From positions 1-32,099 of the IMG/VR virus record IMGVR_UViG_3300037423_001090: a stretch of DNA of 32,099 nucleotides; one strand, 5' to 3'. The notes beneath the pieces are model-generated. The model was given only the letters and a program-made list of their open reading frames with translations. It did not search any database and had not been told where the DNA came from. Below, piece by piece: positions 17,264-26,442 of the stretch; the first letter of the stretch is position 1; the number at the start of each line of letters is the position of its first letter. The position numbers and the translations under genes were made by a program. Origin of the DNA: a virus (Duplodnaviria; Caudoviricetes).

Positions 17264-17950
17264 TCATGGCGCCACCCGCTTGAACTCGACCACCCACACC
17301 CAGGGATTGACGTCCCAGCTGCCGGCACCGTTGATGCTCTCCCATAGCGCGCGGTAGGCCTGCGACGCACAGGAATAGCGGGTGCCGAACCCGGCGAACG
17401 GTTCATATGCCACGTCGTCCAGCGGGAATTCGGAATCGTGCCAGTCGTACGGGTACCGATGCAATCCTTCTTCGCGCGCGTCGCGCGGGCTGATGTCCTG
17501 CAGCCGCTCGACGCGCACGCCGGTGATCTCCAGCAGGATGCGGCTGGCCCAGCGAGGCATGTGGATGGACGGACAGGCTTTGCGCGAGTACCACCATGCG
17601 ATGTCGAACCCATCAGGCGTCAGCACGTCGACGCCGTCAACGGTGTAAGCGCCTCCGTCGTACTTGGGCGCAAGCGGCTCCCCAGTCAGAAGATTCAGCA
17701 TTGGCCGGCGATGCGTGGTCTCTCGCACCCACAGGCGATCGCCAGGCCGGCCATACGGGCAATCGCGCAACAGCGCTGCCTCCGTAATCGGTTCTTGGCC
17801 GCCGTACTGAAACCGATTGGTATGCGGGTCCGTGGCTATTTGGATTGGGTAGTCGGGCTGATAACGCAGTGCGCGCCGCGACTGCGTTTTCGTCCCATCG
17901 AGCAGTGCGCGCACCATCGGGCCGCTGAAGAGGATTGGGCGCTCTTTCAT
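17264..17950 (-). CDS. ASCH/PUA-like phage protein
   Basis: MKERPILFSGPMVRALLDG.KTQ.RR, CPYG.PGDRLWVRET, PSIHMPRWASRI.LEI, NPWVWVVEF. Confidence 0.85.
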   Translation of the reverse strand: MKERPILFSGPMVRALLDGTKTQSRRALRYQPDYPIQIATDPHTNRFQYGGQEPITEAALLRDCPYGRPGDRLWVRETTHRRPMLNLLTGEPLAPKYDGGAYTVDGVDVLTPDGFDIAWWYSRKACPSIHMPRWASRILLEITGVRVERLQDISPRDAREEGLHRYPYDWHDSEFPLDDVAYEPFAGFGTRYSCASQAYRALWESINGAGSWDVNPWVWVVEFKRVAP

Positions 17951-18342
17951 GCCACAACCTCCACTGCCAACCTCCCAGACTTGACGCGCGCGCCCATCTT
18001 CATCAGTGCTTGTGCGGTGTCGTATGGCGCCTGCCAGGCGGGCGCAGGCTTACGCCGCTCGGCTGCCGACACATCGAACATGGCTCGGATCATCTGCTCG
18101 CCAGTGGCAGGGGGACGGCGCCGGCGAAGACAATCCTCTGGAACTCCAATCCGACGCCCTCGGTGAACCAAGTCAACCAAATAGCCAACAACCTCTTCGC
18201 CTGTATTGGCAATAACGCCGCGGGTAGGTGGCGAGATGATCGTGACCTCACGCCCCATCAACTCCGGGAAGCTTATGGTTTTGACGATGATGCACACCTC
18301 GCCGACCCGAAACGGACCGCGTTCGTTGAAGGCGGCGCTCAT
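17947..18342 (-). CDS. Hypothetical phage protein
   Basis: 131-aa ORF with 4-nt overlaps. Confidence 0.7.
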   Translation of the reverse strand: MSAAFNERGPFRVGEVCIIVKTISFPELMGREVTIISPPTRGVIANTGEEVVGYLVDLVHRGRRIGVPEDCLRRRRPPATGEQMIRAMFDVSAAERRKPAPAWQAPYDTAQALMKMGARVKSGRLAVEVVA

Positions 18343-18767
18343 GCATCACCTCCAGCAATGCTCTTGAACCCAAAGCCCTCCGGACGATTCGACCAGGCCG
18401 GAATGTCCAGGCGCGTACCGCGGCTGTTGATCTGGTACTTCTTGCTCAGGCCCGGGCTTGCGAACACGTTGCGCGTCGGCGCCGGAGCGATCTGGCCGAC
18501 GTACTTCTCTTCCGGCTTCTCGCTCTGCTCGTCGTAGTAGTCGGTAGCTGCTCGGCTGCAGGCGATCTTTCCGCGCTCGGTTTCGATCAGCCAGCCGCCA
18601 CGAATTGCGCCTTGCAGGGCAACGTCGCGCTCATACTTGCTTTTCCCAAAGTTCACGGCCAGGAACAATTCGGCCTCGGTGCAGGAGCCGTACTTGTATA
18701 GGTACTCGCCGGCAAGGTACGGGATCTCGCCCGGTTGCGGGCGGCGGATGTTTTGACGTTGGGTCAT
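18339..18767 (-). CDS. Hypothetical phage protein
   Basis: Start MTQRQNIRRP overlapping the methylase stop, GGAGG RBS. Confidence 0.7.
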   Translation of the reverse strand: MTQRQNIRRPQPGEIPYLAGEYLYKYGSCTEAELFLAVNFGKSKYERDVALQGAIRGGWLIETERGKIACSRAATDYYDEQSEKPEEKYVGQIAPAPTRNVFASPGLSKKYQINSRGTRLDIPAWSNRPEGFGFKSIAGGDA

Positions 18768-20761
18768 GCTGCCCTCCCGGCAATTTGACGTTCGTGCGCG
18801 AAGTTCGCGCGGATGAGCGCTTCCGAAAGCGGCGGGCACACACTGTTGCCGCACATGCGGACCTGCGCAGACTTGGTCAGCGGGACGCGTGGCAGCGAAA
18901 GTGGATCAACGTCGACCTGATGGCCGTCGACGAACAGCTTCGCCGGGTCAGGAATCTCGTCGATGATGTAATCGGCCGGGAAGCCCTGAGCGCGATACAG
19001 TTCGTGCGGAGCGAGCATGCGCAGACCGATGTCGACGATCTCGTAATCCTGCCCCTGGATCGTCACCAAGCCATAACGATCTTTCGTCGTCACGGTGTGC
19101 AACGGCTCCCCCAGTCGCGGATCCTGATCAGTGCCGTAGTACTTGAGCAGGAATGCGCGCACCTCGGCATGATGCTGCCCCTGGGCGCTGATCGTGCCGA
19201 TCGGCTCGTCCATGCTCGCAGCCGTTGACGTGCCACGAAGCTTGATAAGGTTGCTGGTCACCACGCCAAGCGCATGCGGAGCGCCGGCCGGATTTTCTTT
19301 TGGGCCCGCGGTGATGGTCGGCATCGGATCAACCATGTCGCTGCCGGTCGATCCGGTGCGGAACTTGGTCAGATGCGCTGTCACCAAGCTGTGGTGATCC
19401 GTGCTGGTCACCGTGCCGATCGGCTGCTCGAGCTGAGAACCTACGACCCCCGTGTAGTGCTTCGCGAGGAACGCCGTCGCAACCGCGGTATCCGCCTTAG
19501 CAGTAATGGTGGCCGTCGGCTCATCGGCGCCACGTGGACGGCTGTCGCCGGCGCGGCCTCCAACCCCGACAAGCGCTGCCGACACCATGCTGAAGTGCCC
19601 ACCCTTGACCTGGGCGCAGATCGTACGCAGCGGCTCGTCCGCAGGCATCACACGCTGGTTGCTCGCATTGGCGTGCTCGTTCAGGAAGGCCGTGACAAGC
19701 GCCGCCTTACTCGATCCAACCACGGTGCCAAGCGGCTTCTCGATGTCGAGCGCACGGGGCGCCTGGCCTTCACGCTCGCCGTACCCGACTTGCACCATCG
19801 TGGCTGTCGCCAGGGCTTTCTCACCGCGCTGGGCACCGGTGATAGTTCGGAACGGCTCGCGCACGGATTCGCTACGATCGCCGCCCTGATGCGTGACCGG
19901 GACGATACTCGGCACAACTGCGGCTCCTCGGCCGACGATGAACGGCGATTCTGCGTCCACGACGTACCGCATGATGCCCTTTGCGATACGGCGCAGCGTT
20001 GCATCCGCCAAGGGACGCTTGCGATCGAAGATCGACGGGCACGGCAGCGCCCAGTCGATGCATTCCGCCGCGGTGCGGTACGGCTGCAGCTTACCGGCAC
20101 GGACGCCGACGGAGTCCGGAGCACCATGCGTCGCCATCGGCCAACGGATCGGCAGACCATCACGGCGCGCGACCAGGAAGAAGCGCTTTCGGATGGTCGG
20201 CGTATCGTGGTCGCAGGCGCGCAACTCACGATATTCGACCTTGTAGCCGTGCCCCTCCAACTGGCGAACGAAGCTCCGGAACGTGACGCCCCGCTTTGCC
20301 GGATCCGGATACCAGACTTCGGCGCCGTCAACGACCTTCATCGTCAGCGGGCCCCACGTCTGGAACTCCTCGACGTTCTCCAGCATGATGACGCGCGGTT
20401 TGCACTTTGCCGCCCAGCGCATCGTCACCCACGCCAGGCCGCGGATCTTCTTCTCGACCGGCTTTCCGCCCTTTGCTTTGCTGAAGTGCTTGCAGTCCGG
20501 TGACAGCCAAACCAGGCCAACAGGCTGATTGTTCGTTACCTCGATCGGGTCGACGTCCCACACGCTCTCGCAAAGGTGCTTTGTGTACGGGTGATTGATG
20601 GCGTGCATCGCGAGCGCTTCCGGGTCATGGTTGATCGCGATATCGACCGGACGTCCGAACGCCGCCTCGAGACCGGTACTGGTTCCGCCGCCGCCGGCGA
20701 AGTTGTCGATGATGAGTTCAGAGCCGAGGTCGAGACCCATGGTCATGAGATCACGCTTCAT
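18764..20761 (-). CDS. DNA (cytosine-5) methyltransferase with repeat-expanded variable region
   Basis: DNFAGGGG (I), SPDC (IV), ENV (VI), RKRFF (VIII), GNSV (X); start MKRDLMT at 20761. Confidence 0.93.
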   Translation of the reverse strand: MKRDLMTMGLDLGSELIIDNFAGGGGTSTGLEAAFGRPVDIAINHDPEALAMHAINHPYTKHLCESVWDVDPIEVTNNQPVGLVWLSPDCKHFSKAKGGKPVEKKIRGLAWVTMRWAAKCKPRVIMLENVEEFQTWGPLTMKVVDGAEVWYPDPAKRGVTFRSFVRQLEGHGYKVEYRELRACDHDTPTIRKRFFLVARRDGLPIRWPMATHGAPDSVGVRAGKLQPYRTAAECIDWALPCPSIFDRKRPLADATLRRIAKGIMRYVVDAESPFIVGRGAAVVPSIVPVTHQGGDRSESVREPFRTITGAQRGEKALATATMVQVGYGEREGQAPRALDIEKPLGTVVGSSKAALVTAFLNEHANASNQRVMPADEPLRTICAQVKGGHFSMVSAALVGVGGRAGDSRPRGADEPTATITAKADTAVATAFLAKHYTGVVGSQLEQPIGTVTSTDHHSLVTAHLTKFRTGSTGSDMVDPMPTITAGPKENPAGAPHALGVVTSNLIKLRGTSTAASMDEPIGTISAQGQHHAEVRAFLLKYYGTDQDPRLGEPLHTVTTKDRYGLVTIQGQDYEIVDIGLRMLAPHELYRAQGFPADYIIDEIPDPAKLFVDGHQVDVDPLSLPRVPLTKSAQVRMCGNSVCPPLSEALIRANFAHERQIAGRAA

Positions 20762-21207
20762 GCCCACACCCCCGACGGCACCAAGTTGAAGAACGCCGCC
20801 ATCAGCGGGTGATGCGCCGGAATGGCCTTCGACACGCGCACCTTGAACTCGACGTCGTCCTCCATGATGTGGAAGTGGCGCGCCGGATCCTGAGCCGCGA
20901 TCGTCAGTTCGCACTTGCGAGGCTTCGCCGGGCGCGAAGCTGCTTGCTCGTCCAGCCTGGCGAGGTAGGCGTCGACCTTCGCTGCGTCGCTCGTGAGGCG
21001 GCACACCAGGTGGCCAGCGACATACACCGATTCGACGAGGCCGTGCAGGTCGACCATGTACTTGCGAACGCCCGACGGGCCGATGGCGAGCAGACCGCCG
21101 ACCTCATCGCGCGAGAGTTCGCTGACCTGCAGGGCAGTGATCAGGGTGCGCACGCGCTCGATGCGCTCCACGGTGCGGGATGGGGTGACGTAGCGGGAGC
21201 GGCTCAT
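20758..21207 (-). CDS. Winged-helix-like hypothetical protein
   Basis: ELSRDEVGGLLAIGPSGVRKYMVDL HTH-like segment. Confidence 0.65.
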   Translation of the reverse strand: MSRSRYVTPSRTVERIERVRTLITALQVSELSRDEVGGLLAIGPSGVRKYMVDLHGLVESVYVAGHLVCRLTSDAAKVDAYLARLDEQAASRPAKPRKCELTIAAQDPARHFHIMEDDVEFKVRVSKAIPAHHPLMAAFFNLVPSGVWA

Positions 21208-21833
21208 GCTGCACCGCCGTTCTGGCATGGCGCTGCAGTAGCCCGGTCGATGCGTTCGATGTCGGCCAGGATCAAGGCAGCAGCTTTAACCAGGTTCCGG
21301 CGGTCGTCCGTCGGCTTCCACCATTCCTTGTCCCACGGCCAATCTTCAGGTGGCCCGTAGTTAAGGGCGTTGCCTTGCATGGCATAGCACGCAGCGGCCA
21401 TGGAAAGCTGCCCATCCTCGTAGTCGTCGTCCTGATCAGGATGCCAGCCTTCTTGCTCGACTTGCCGTCTGCGCTCGGCCAGCACGTCTTTAGCCGCCAG
21501 TGTTGTCGCACCCTGAAAGCTCAGCGCCTCAACCAGACGTGGATGGAGCTCGATCACATCGGCCGCAGGATCGACGATCTCGTTCTTATCCCACATGATC
21601 ACGTAACACATGCCACCGATGACGCGGCCGGGATAACCAGGCCCTTTATCCAGCGTGGCCTTGACGGCATCGTAGAAGGCGCGCAGATGCTCGGGATCTT
21701 CTTCGTCAAAGAACGTCGGCGCATTCTCCTTTGCGCCGCGCTCGGGGTAATAACCCTTGTCAATGTCGTGCAGAATGGACATCAGGTCGCCGGCTGCTTC
21801 GATGTCGCGCTCGGAAGGTTTCGCCATTTTCAC
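21204..21833 (-). CDS. Phage accessory protein (Ead/Ea22-associated C-terminal domain)
   Basis: DVLAERRRQVEQEGW...AAACYA...WPWDKEWWKP.DDRRNLVKAAALILADIERIDR. Confidence 0.75.
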   Translation of the reverse strand: MKMAKPSERDIEAAGDLMSILHDIDKGYYPERGAKENAPTFFDEEDPEHLRAFYDAVKATLDKGPGYPGRVIGGMCYVIMWDKNEIVDPAADVIELHPRLVEALSFQGATTLAAKDVLAERRRQVEQEGWHPDQDDDYEDGQLSMAAACYAMQGNALNYGPPEDWPWDKEWWKPTDDRRNLVKAAALILADIERIDRATAAPCQNGGAA

Positions 21834-22336
21834 GCTGCACCTCCGACTTCGAACATGTCGATAACGCGCGGATCGCGAACGGAAGCGTTCGCAGCGACGG
21901 CCTGCGCGAAGTCAGCTGCGGTCAGCTTCTGGCGACCGACCGCTTGCGCCTGATAGACGATGTCGCCGGGGCGGAGCCAGTCGTTTTCCCGGATCAGGTC
22001 AGGCAGAGACGATGCGCCAAACTCCTGACCAGTGACCGACCAGAACACGCCGCGGCCGATATCCATTGCCGCGAGCACGGCGCACGCATAGGACAGGCCG
22101 GCATGATCCGCGCCGTTGATGGCGCCGAACAGCGCACGCACCGCCTTGTGATGTTCAGGGCTGACGCAGGCGCTGATGTCGTCGCGCTCTTCCTGCAGGT
22201 AGTCGTTGGCCAGCGTCTTGGCCGCGCCAAGCAGCTGGACCGCGAGATTCGACCAGTGTGCCGCGCGCGCTTCGAACTGGCGCGAGGACTGATCTTCACC
22301 GACGTGCGCCGCCGGCGTGATTTTTTCTGATAACAT
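21830..22336 (-). CDS. Hypothetical phage protein
   Basis: 168-aa ORF, GGGAGAG RBS. Confidence 0.7.
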   Translation of the reverse strand: MLSEKITPAAHVGEDQSSRQFEARAAHWSNLAVQLLGAAKTLANDYLQEERDDISACVSPEHHKAVRALFGAINGADHAGLSYACAVLAAMDIGRGVFWSVTGQEFGASSLPDLIRENDWLRPGDIVYQAQAVGRQKLTAADFAQAVAANASVRDPRVIDMFEVGGAA

Positions 22337-22362
22337 GCGCTCTCCCTTGTAGTTGCTTCACT

Positions 22363-22387
22363 AAGCCCGCCTGGCCGCGGGCTTTTT
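22363..22387 (+). terminator. Intrinsic terminator facing the antisense (+) direction
   Basis: AAGCCCGC-ctggcc-GCGGGCTT hairpin with a T run on the + strand. Confidence 0.6.
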
Positions 22388-22511
22388 CATTTCTGCTGTC
22401 CTTCCAGCAGCTCTCGGTACTTCTTCTTGCTCATCACATGCCCGGGCTCGATCGGCGCCGGCTGTTGCTCTTCTTCGTTTTGCTGCATCTGCTTCCTTTC
22501 TTTGTTCAGGC

Positions 22512-22718
22512 CTAGGACGCCAGCTCGCGAATCTCCTTCACCGGCAAGTCCAAGCGCTCGTGGATTCGAAGAATCGTGCGGTCGCTCAGCAGTCGCATCC
22601 CCGAGCGCAGCTTGCTGATGTCCGGCGGCGTCATGCCCAACTCGCGGGCCAGGGCCGAGTCGCTCTTGATGTCGAACCGCTTGCGCAGCGTGTCCAGCAG
22701 CTTCGATACGTTTGTCAT
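22512..22718 (-). CDS. Small XRE-type HTH protein
   Basis: LLDTLRKRFDIKSDSALARELGMTPPDISKLRSG. Confidence 0.8.
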   Translation of the reverse strand: MTNVSKLLDTLRKRFDIKSDSALARELGMTPPDISKLRSGMRLLSDRTILRIHERLDLPVKEIRELAS

Positions 22719-22775
22719 CTCTTGGGCTCCCTGTTCGAGGTATTGGTGGCAGCATGCCCGCCGCCTGGGTCTTCC

Positions 22776-23228
22776 TTACAGCGAAGCCGGTTTCTCGGAC
22801 ATGCCGTTCAGGCGCTCGATCAGCTGCATCATTGGACGGAAGGCCTTGAACACCGCCGCGCGCACCCTTTCCACTTCGTGTTGTTCGACGCGACCATCTT
22901 CCAGCGTCATATGGACCTCATTCGCGACGTCGCCCAAGCGCTGCCAAATGCAGGTGACGTTTTCAAGCACGCCCATGTCCGAAGCGGGCTGTTCTTCGAG
23001 CTTCGTCAAGACAAAGCCATGTGACTCAGCCAGAGCGTGCAAAACCGAGTAGTCTTCCGTCAGCGACATCACACGCTCGATGTCGTCGATGGTCACGACG
23101 TTGGCCTCGTTGTTCGGATTGGCCTTATTGCGCAGGATCGTTGCCGACATACCGAGACGAGCAGCCAGGGCGATGCAACCGCCAGGTGCGGAGTGAACGG
23201 TTTGGTGGAAAGCGTCTTTGGCGTTCAT
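22776..23228 (-). CDS. Phage regulatory CII-family protein
   Basis: PGGCIALAARLGMSATILRNKANPN...LEDGRVEQHE; downstream of cro. Confidence 0.85.
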   Translation of the reverse strand: MNAKDAFHQTVHSAPGGCIALAARLGMSATILRNKANPNNEANVVTIDDIERVMSLTEDYSVLHALAESHGFVLTKLEEQPASDMGVLENVTCIWQRLGDVANEVHMTLEDGRVEQHEVERVRAAVFKAFRPMMQLIERLNGMSEKPASL

Positions 23229-23422
23229 GCTCTTGTCTCGCTAAAAAATGATGTTTTGGAAACTTGTTGTTGAGAGAATGCTTACATCGAAACTTCGCCA
23301 ACCCTGGAGCTCAACATGCCGGACACTGCCTTCGTACTGCTGAACTGCGATTTGATCGCTGTACCGCTTCAACTGGGTTGCGCCGGCGTCGTTACGATCT
23401 ATTGCGGGGCTAAGCGTGCTGG

Positions 23423-23677
23423 TCAGCTGCTGCCTGGCCTCGATGCAGCATCCTTTGAGTCGGTCGCACGACGCATCGGCGAATCGCCCGTGGCACCAGA
23501 GCAGCGCTCGGCATGCAGCTCCTCGAGTCGGTCGCCGATGAATTTCGAGGGGCGCGATCCCCGGGTTCCCGCCAAATACGCAGCAATCGTCGATTGCCCG
23601 CATGGGACCAGATCGGCCAACTCCTGCTGAGTAAGCCCGGACTTTAGTAGGTCCGACGTGATTTTTTGCGTATCCAT
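23423..23677 (-). CDS. cro: Cro-like repressor
   Basis: LLKSGLTQQELADLVPCGQSTIA HTH, divergent from the CI-like gene. Confidence 0.8.
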   Translation of the reverse strand: MDTQKITSDLLKSGLTQQELADLVPCGQSTIAAYLAGTRGSRPSKFIGDRLEELHAERCSGATGDSPMRRATDSKDAASRPGSS

Positions 23678-23685
23678 GGGCAAAC

Positions 23686-23749
23686 AATATCACGTTCGTG
23701 TTTGGACCGTCAACACCAACGTGATTGTGTTATGTATTACATTCGTGAT
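23686..23749. promoter_or_regulatory. OR: three 14-bp operators and divergent promoters
   Basis: ATCACgttcGTGTT (23689), AACACcaacGTGAT (23712), ATTACattcGTGAT (23736); minus-strand TTGACG-N16-GATATT. Confidence 0.8.
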
Positions 23750-24232
23750 ATGGATACTTTGGCAAAGCGGCTCATCTGGGCCCGAGAACAAAAGGGGCTT
23801 ACCCAGGCGGCGCTAGCGAAGCTAAGCGGCGTCACGCAGAGCACGATCGGGAATCTGGAATCGGGTATTCGGTCCAGCGCACGCCGTATCGTCGACATTG
23901 CTGCCGCACTCGATGTAAATCCGAACTGGCTGGCAAACGGTCAGGGAAATGCGACAGAAGTGGACCTAAATAAACTGGGCGTTGAGGAGCCCCTTACTCA
24001 GTACAGGGCAGTCAACGATGGCCCACGGAGCCGGCCTGTTGGGCGCGATGCCAACTATATGGAAGATGTTTCGCTGTCGTCCGAGACGACACTCGAACGA
24101 TTGAACGCGCGAGAGAAAATGATTCTTGAGCTATATCGCCGCTCGAGCGACGAAGGCAAGCTTATGATATACGGCGCCTGCAAGGCAGCCGCAGAATATA
24201 ACGACGCCACGATTGTCGGGCGCTCAGAGTAG
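23750..24232 (+). CDS. CI-like XRE repressor lacking an S24 peptidase domain
   Basis: LAKRLIWAREQKGLTQAALAKLSGVTQSTIGNLESG HTH; short helical C-terminus LNAREKMILELYRR; ATG abuts the third operator. Confidence 0.85.
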   Translation: MDTLAKRLIWAREQKGLTQAALAKLSGVTQSTIGNLESGIRSSARRIVDIAAALDVNPNWLANGQGNATEVDLNKLGVEEPLTQYRAVNDGPRSRPVGRDANYMEDVSLSSETTLERLNAREKMILELYRRSSDEGKLMIYGACKAAAEYNDATIVGRSE

Positions 24233-24421
24233 TTGCAGTTTGATTGCCTCCGCCGGGGTCGTTCGACGGTATGACTCCGACATCTCAACGAACACAGACT
24301 GCGCACTACGCTTCATGGCGCGAAAATTCGACACCAGGCGCCGCTCCTGAACCGTCAACTGAAACTCATCATTGTCATTCTCGGCCGCAAGGACCAACTT
24401 CGGCATCGTCTCGTCTGACAT
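24224..24421 (-). CDS. 65-aa protein resembling a repressor C-terminal helical domain
   Basis: AAGGAG RBS; LTVQERRLVSNFRAM resembles LNAREKMILELYRRS of the adjacent CI. Confidence 0.7.
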   Translation of the reverse strand: MSDETMPKLVLAAENDNDEFQLTVQERRLVSNFRAMKRSAQSVFVEMSESYRRTTPAEAIKLQLL

Positions 24422-24438
24422 CTTTACTCCTTTGCAAG

Positions 24439-24474
24439 TGTCCTACTAACTATATGGCGTAGGACATGTCCTAC
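24439..24474. promoter_or_regulatory. Perfect 16-bp palindrome plus extra half-site
   Basis: GTAGGACATGTCCTAC at 24459-24474; TGTCCTAC at 24439-24446. Confidence 0.55.
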
Positions 24475-24603
24475 ATGCAACGAAAAGAGCGGTCTTTATG
24501 GGCTATTTACGATGCATAAAACGACTAAGTATCACATTGCCCTACGCAAACATAAAGCTCTAGTTATCACTTCCGGTCTCAATACGGTATCCTGACCGGA
24601 AAA

Positions 24604-24624
24604 GTGCCATCGTTTGTATGGCAC
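24604..24624. promoter_or_regulatory. Inverted repeat upstream of the Arc-like gene (putative operator)
   Basis: GTGCCAT-N7-ATGGCAC. Confidence 0.45.
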
Positions 24625-24664
24625 TCGCAACACTGCTGTTCCGAAACGCGCAAGAATCGCGCGC

Positions 24665-24949
24665 ATGAAAGAACAGCCGCCCAAGAAGCCTCCCATCAAG
24701 ACCGCGATGCGCCTGCCCGCCGAGTTGCACGCCGACCTCAAAGAAGCCGCCGAGCGCGAAGATCATTCGATGAACGACGAGATCATCCTTCGCTGCACCG
24801 CCATGTCAGGCGGCGCCTCTCTCGCCACCATCCTTGCCCAGACCCAGCGCCTGAGCGAAGAAAATCGGCAACTCAAGGCGGAGGTCCAAAAAACTCAACA
24901 AATGGTTCAGTCCATCATTGACGCTCTAAGGCCGGGGAGAAAGCGCTAG
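24665..24949 (+). CDS. Arc-family ribbon-helix-helix protein with coiled coil
   Basis: KTAMRLPAELHADLKEAAEREDHSMNDEIILR. Confidence 0.85.
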   Translation: MKEQPPKKPPIKTAMRLPAELHADLKEAAEREDHSMNDEIILRCTAMSGGASLATILAQTQRLSEENRQLKAEVQKTQQMVQSIIDALRPGRKR

Positions 24950-24981
24950 CCATCGGGCGTTCATATTGTAGGTCCGAAACA

Positions 24982-24997
24982 CTGTATGTTCATACAG
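24982..24997. promoter_or_regulatory. LexA (SOS) box overlapping a leftward sigma70 promoter
   Basis: CTGTATGTTCATACAG (CTGT-N8-ACAG); minus-strand TTGACC-N18-TATACT with the -10 running into the box. Confidence 0.8.
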
Positions 24998-25067
24998 TAT
25001 AGGTTTGCATGTTGGGCAAGGTCAAGTAATTCTGTACCTTTGCACTCAACCTTTCTATACTGTCCGT

Positions 25068-25823
25068 ATGGATGATCTAAAACAACTTTTGGCTGCCTGG
25101 ATCCGCGATGCGCGGAAGGCAGCCGGACTATCTCAAGAGGACCTCGGCGCTAAACTAGCGCTCGAGATGGGCGACGACCGCGGCTATACGAAGGCCAACA
25201 TTTCCGGATGGGAGAACGTCAAGCATAGCCCTAGCCTGAAACAAGTGATGGCGATCGCTAAGGTCACTGGCGCCGGCCTTCCTGCGCCAATACTCGATGT
25301 GCTCCAAAACGATCAGCCAAGCGCTGCAACAATCCCGACAGGCGCCGACGTCTTGAGGCTGTTTCCTGGGGCTCGACCTGTACGTGTAGGCGACGAGCTG
25401 CACACGCTACCGATCCGGTTCGTGAAGCTGAAACTTCATGCTGGTGTCGCCCGCTTCGAGACTGAGCCAGTGCTTGAGGATTGGGGCTTGCTACCCATGC
25501 CGAGATCTGTGATTGAGAAGCACAACCTTTCACCGGCCCAGTTGCTCGCAATGCGTGTTTCAGGCTGCAGCATGGAGCCGATGTTGTTTGAAGATGATGT
25601 CGTCGTCATCAACACCGCGGATACGCGCCCGATAAGCCGCGAGGTGTACGCCGTCAACTTCGATGGCGAAGCTTGTGTCAAGCAGTTGCGCTACCAGGGC
25701 GGTCAGTGGTATCTGCATTCATTCAATCCAGATTTCGGACCGATCAACATGCGCAGCGGCCAGTGCAACATCGTCGGACGTGTGGTCTATCAGCCCGGCC
25801 GAGTCGTGACGGGGCGCCTGTAG
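25068..25823 (+). CDS. XRE HTH plus S24 peptidase repressor (CI/LexA-like)
   Basis: HTH GLSQEDLG...YTKANISGWE; LHAG cleavage site; VSGCSMEP catalytic Ser; ACVKQL Lys. Confidence 0.9.
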   Translation: MDDLKQLLAAWIRDARKAAGLSQEDLGAKLALEMGDDRGYTKANISGWENVKHSPSLKQVMAIAKVTGAGLPAPILDVLQNDQPSAATIPTGADVLRLFPGARPVRVGDELHTLPIRFVKLKLHAGVARFETEPVLEDWGLLPMPRSVIEKHNLSPAQLLAMRVSGCSMEPMLFEDDVVVINTADTRPISREVYAVNFDGEACVKQLRYQGGQWYLHSFNPDFGPINMRSGQCNIVGRVVYQPGRVVTGRL

Positions 25824-26078
25824 AGTGAGAAATCCAAACACTGAGCAGCCATGACCGACAGTGCATCTCTGCGGCCGCACAGGCACTAAACGATTACATC
25901 GTCGCCAGTGGGGCGAGCACCTCAACCTCGCTGGATTCTCGGCTATTGCCATGTCTCCCGAAAATTCTTATTACGCACGGGAACGTGAGAATGTGTTGGT
26001 CTTTTGCCAAAATAACATGGTATTATTCCTATATGCAATGGAACTGGTGAGTTGCTGCATACTTAAGGAGTAGCATAA

Positions 26079-26264
26079 ATGATGCTCGACGCGCATGACG
26101 CGGACGCCACGCAGATCGAACCGCCTCATCAAGATGGCGCGTCTGAGATTCAGGCGCCCCCTGCCAGTAAATCGGCATTCAGGCGAGTGGTCGGCTTGCT
26201 GCGAAGTATGTGGGAGCCGGCGCCAGAGCAAAGCGAAGAGGAACAGCAAAGCAGGGCTTGGTGA
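26079..26264 (+). CDS. Small hypothetical protein
   Basis: TAAGGAG RBS before ATG; 61 aa. Confidence 0.5.
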   Translation: MMLDAHDADATQIEPPHQDGASEIQAPPASKSAFRRVVGLLRSMWEPAPEQSEEEQQSRAW

Positions 26265-26442
26265 TAACCAGCTGATTCCGCCCTGTAGAATCCGCAGGGC
26301 GAAATTTGAATCTCGACATTCACGCCGGCACAGAGTTGCGCAATCGGTAGCGCCGGGCCTGGCGCAGTACGAAGCCTGGGACGCGCAGCGCCTGACGTAG
26401 TCAGTCCGATTAGCCGGCTACAACTCGACCGATCGCGAAGTA

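Noticed and set aside
11603-20503. Long plus-strand ORFs (11603-12730, 13760-15028, 15098-16405, 19274-20503)
   Set aside because: Antisense to well-supported minus-strand genes; no recognisable domains or RBS.
23241-23693. Alternative ORFs overlapping cro (23241-23693 minus, 23316-23630 plus)
   Set aside because: They overlap the HTH-bearing cro frame and show no motifs.
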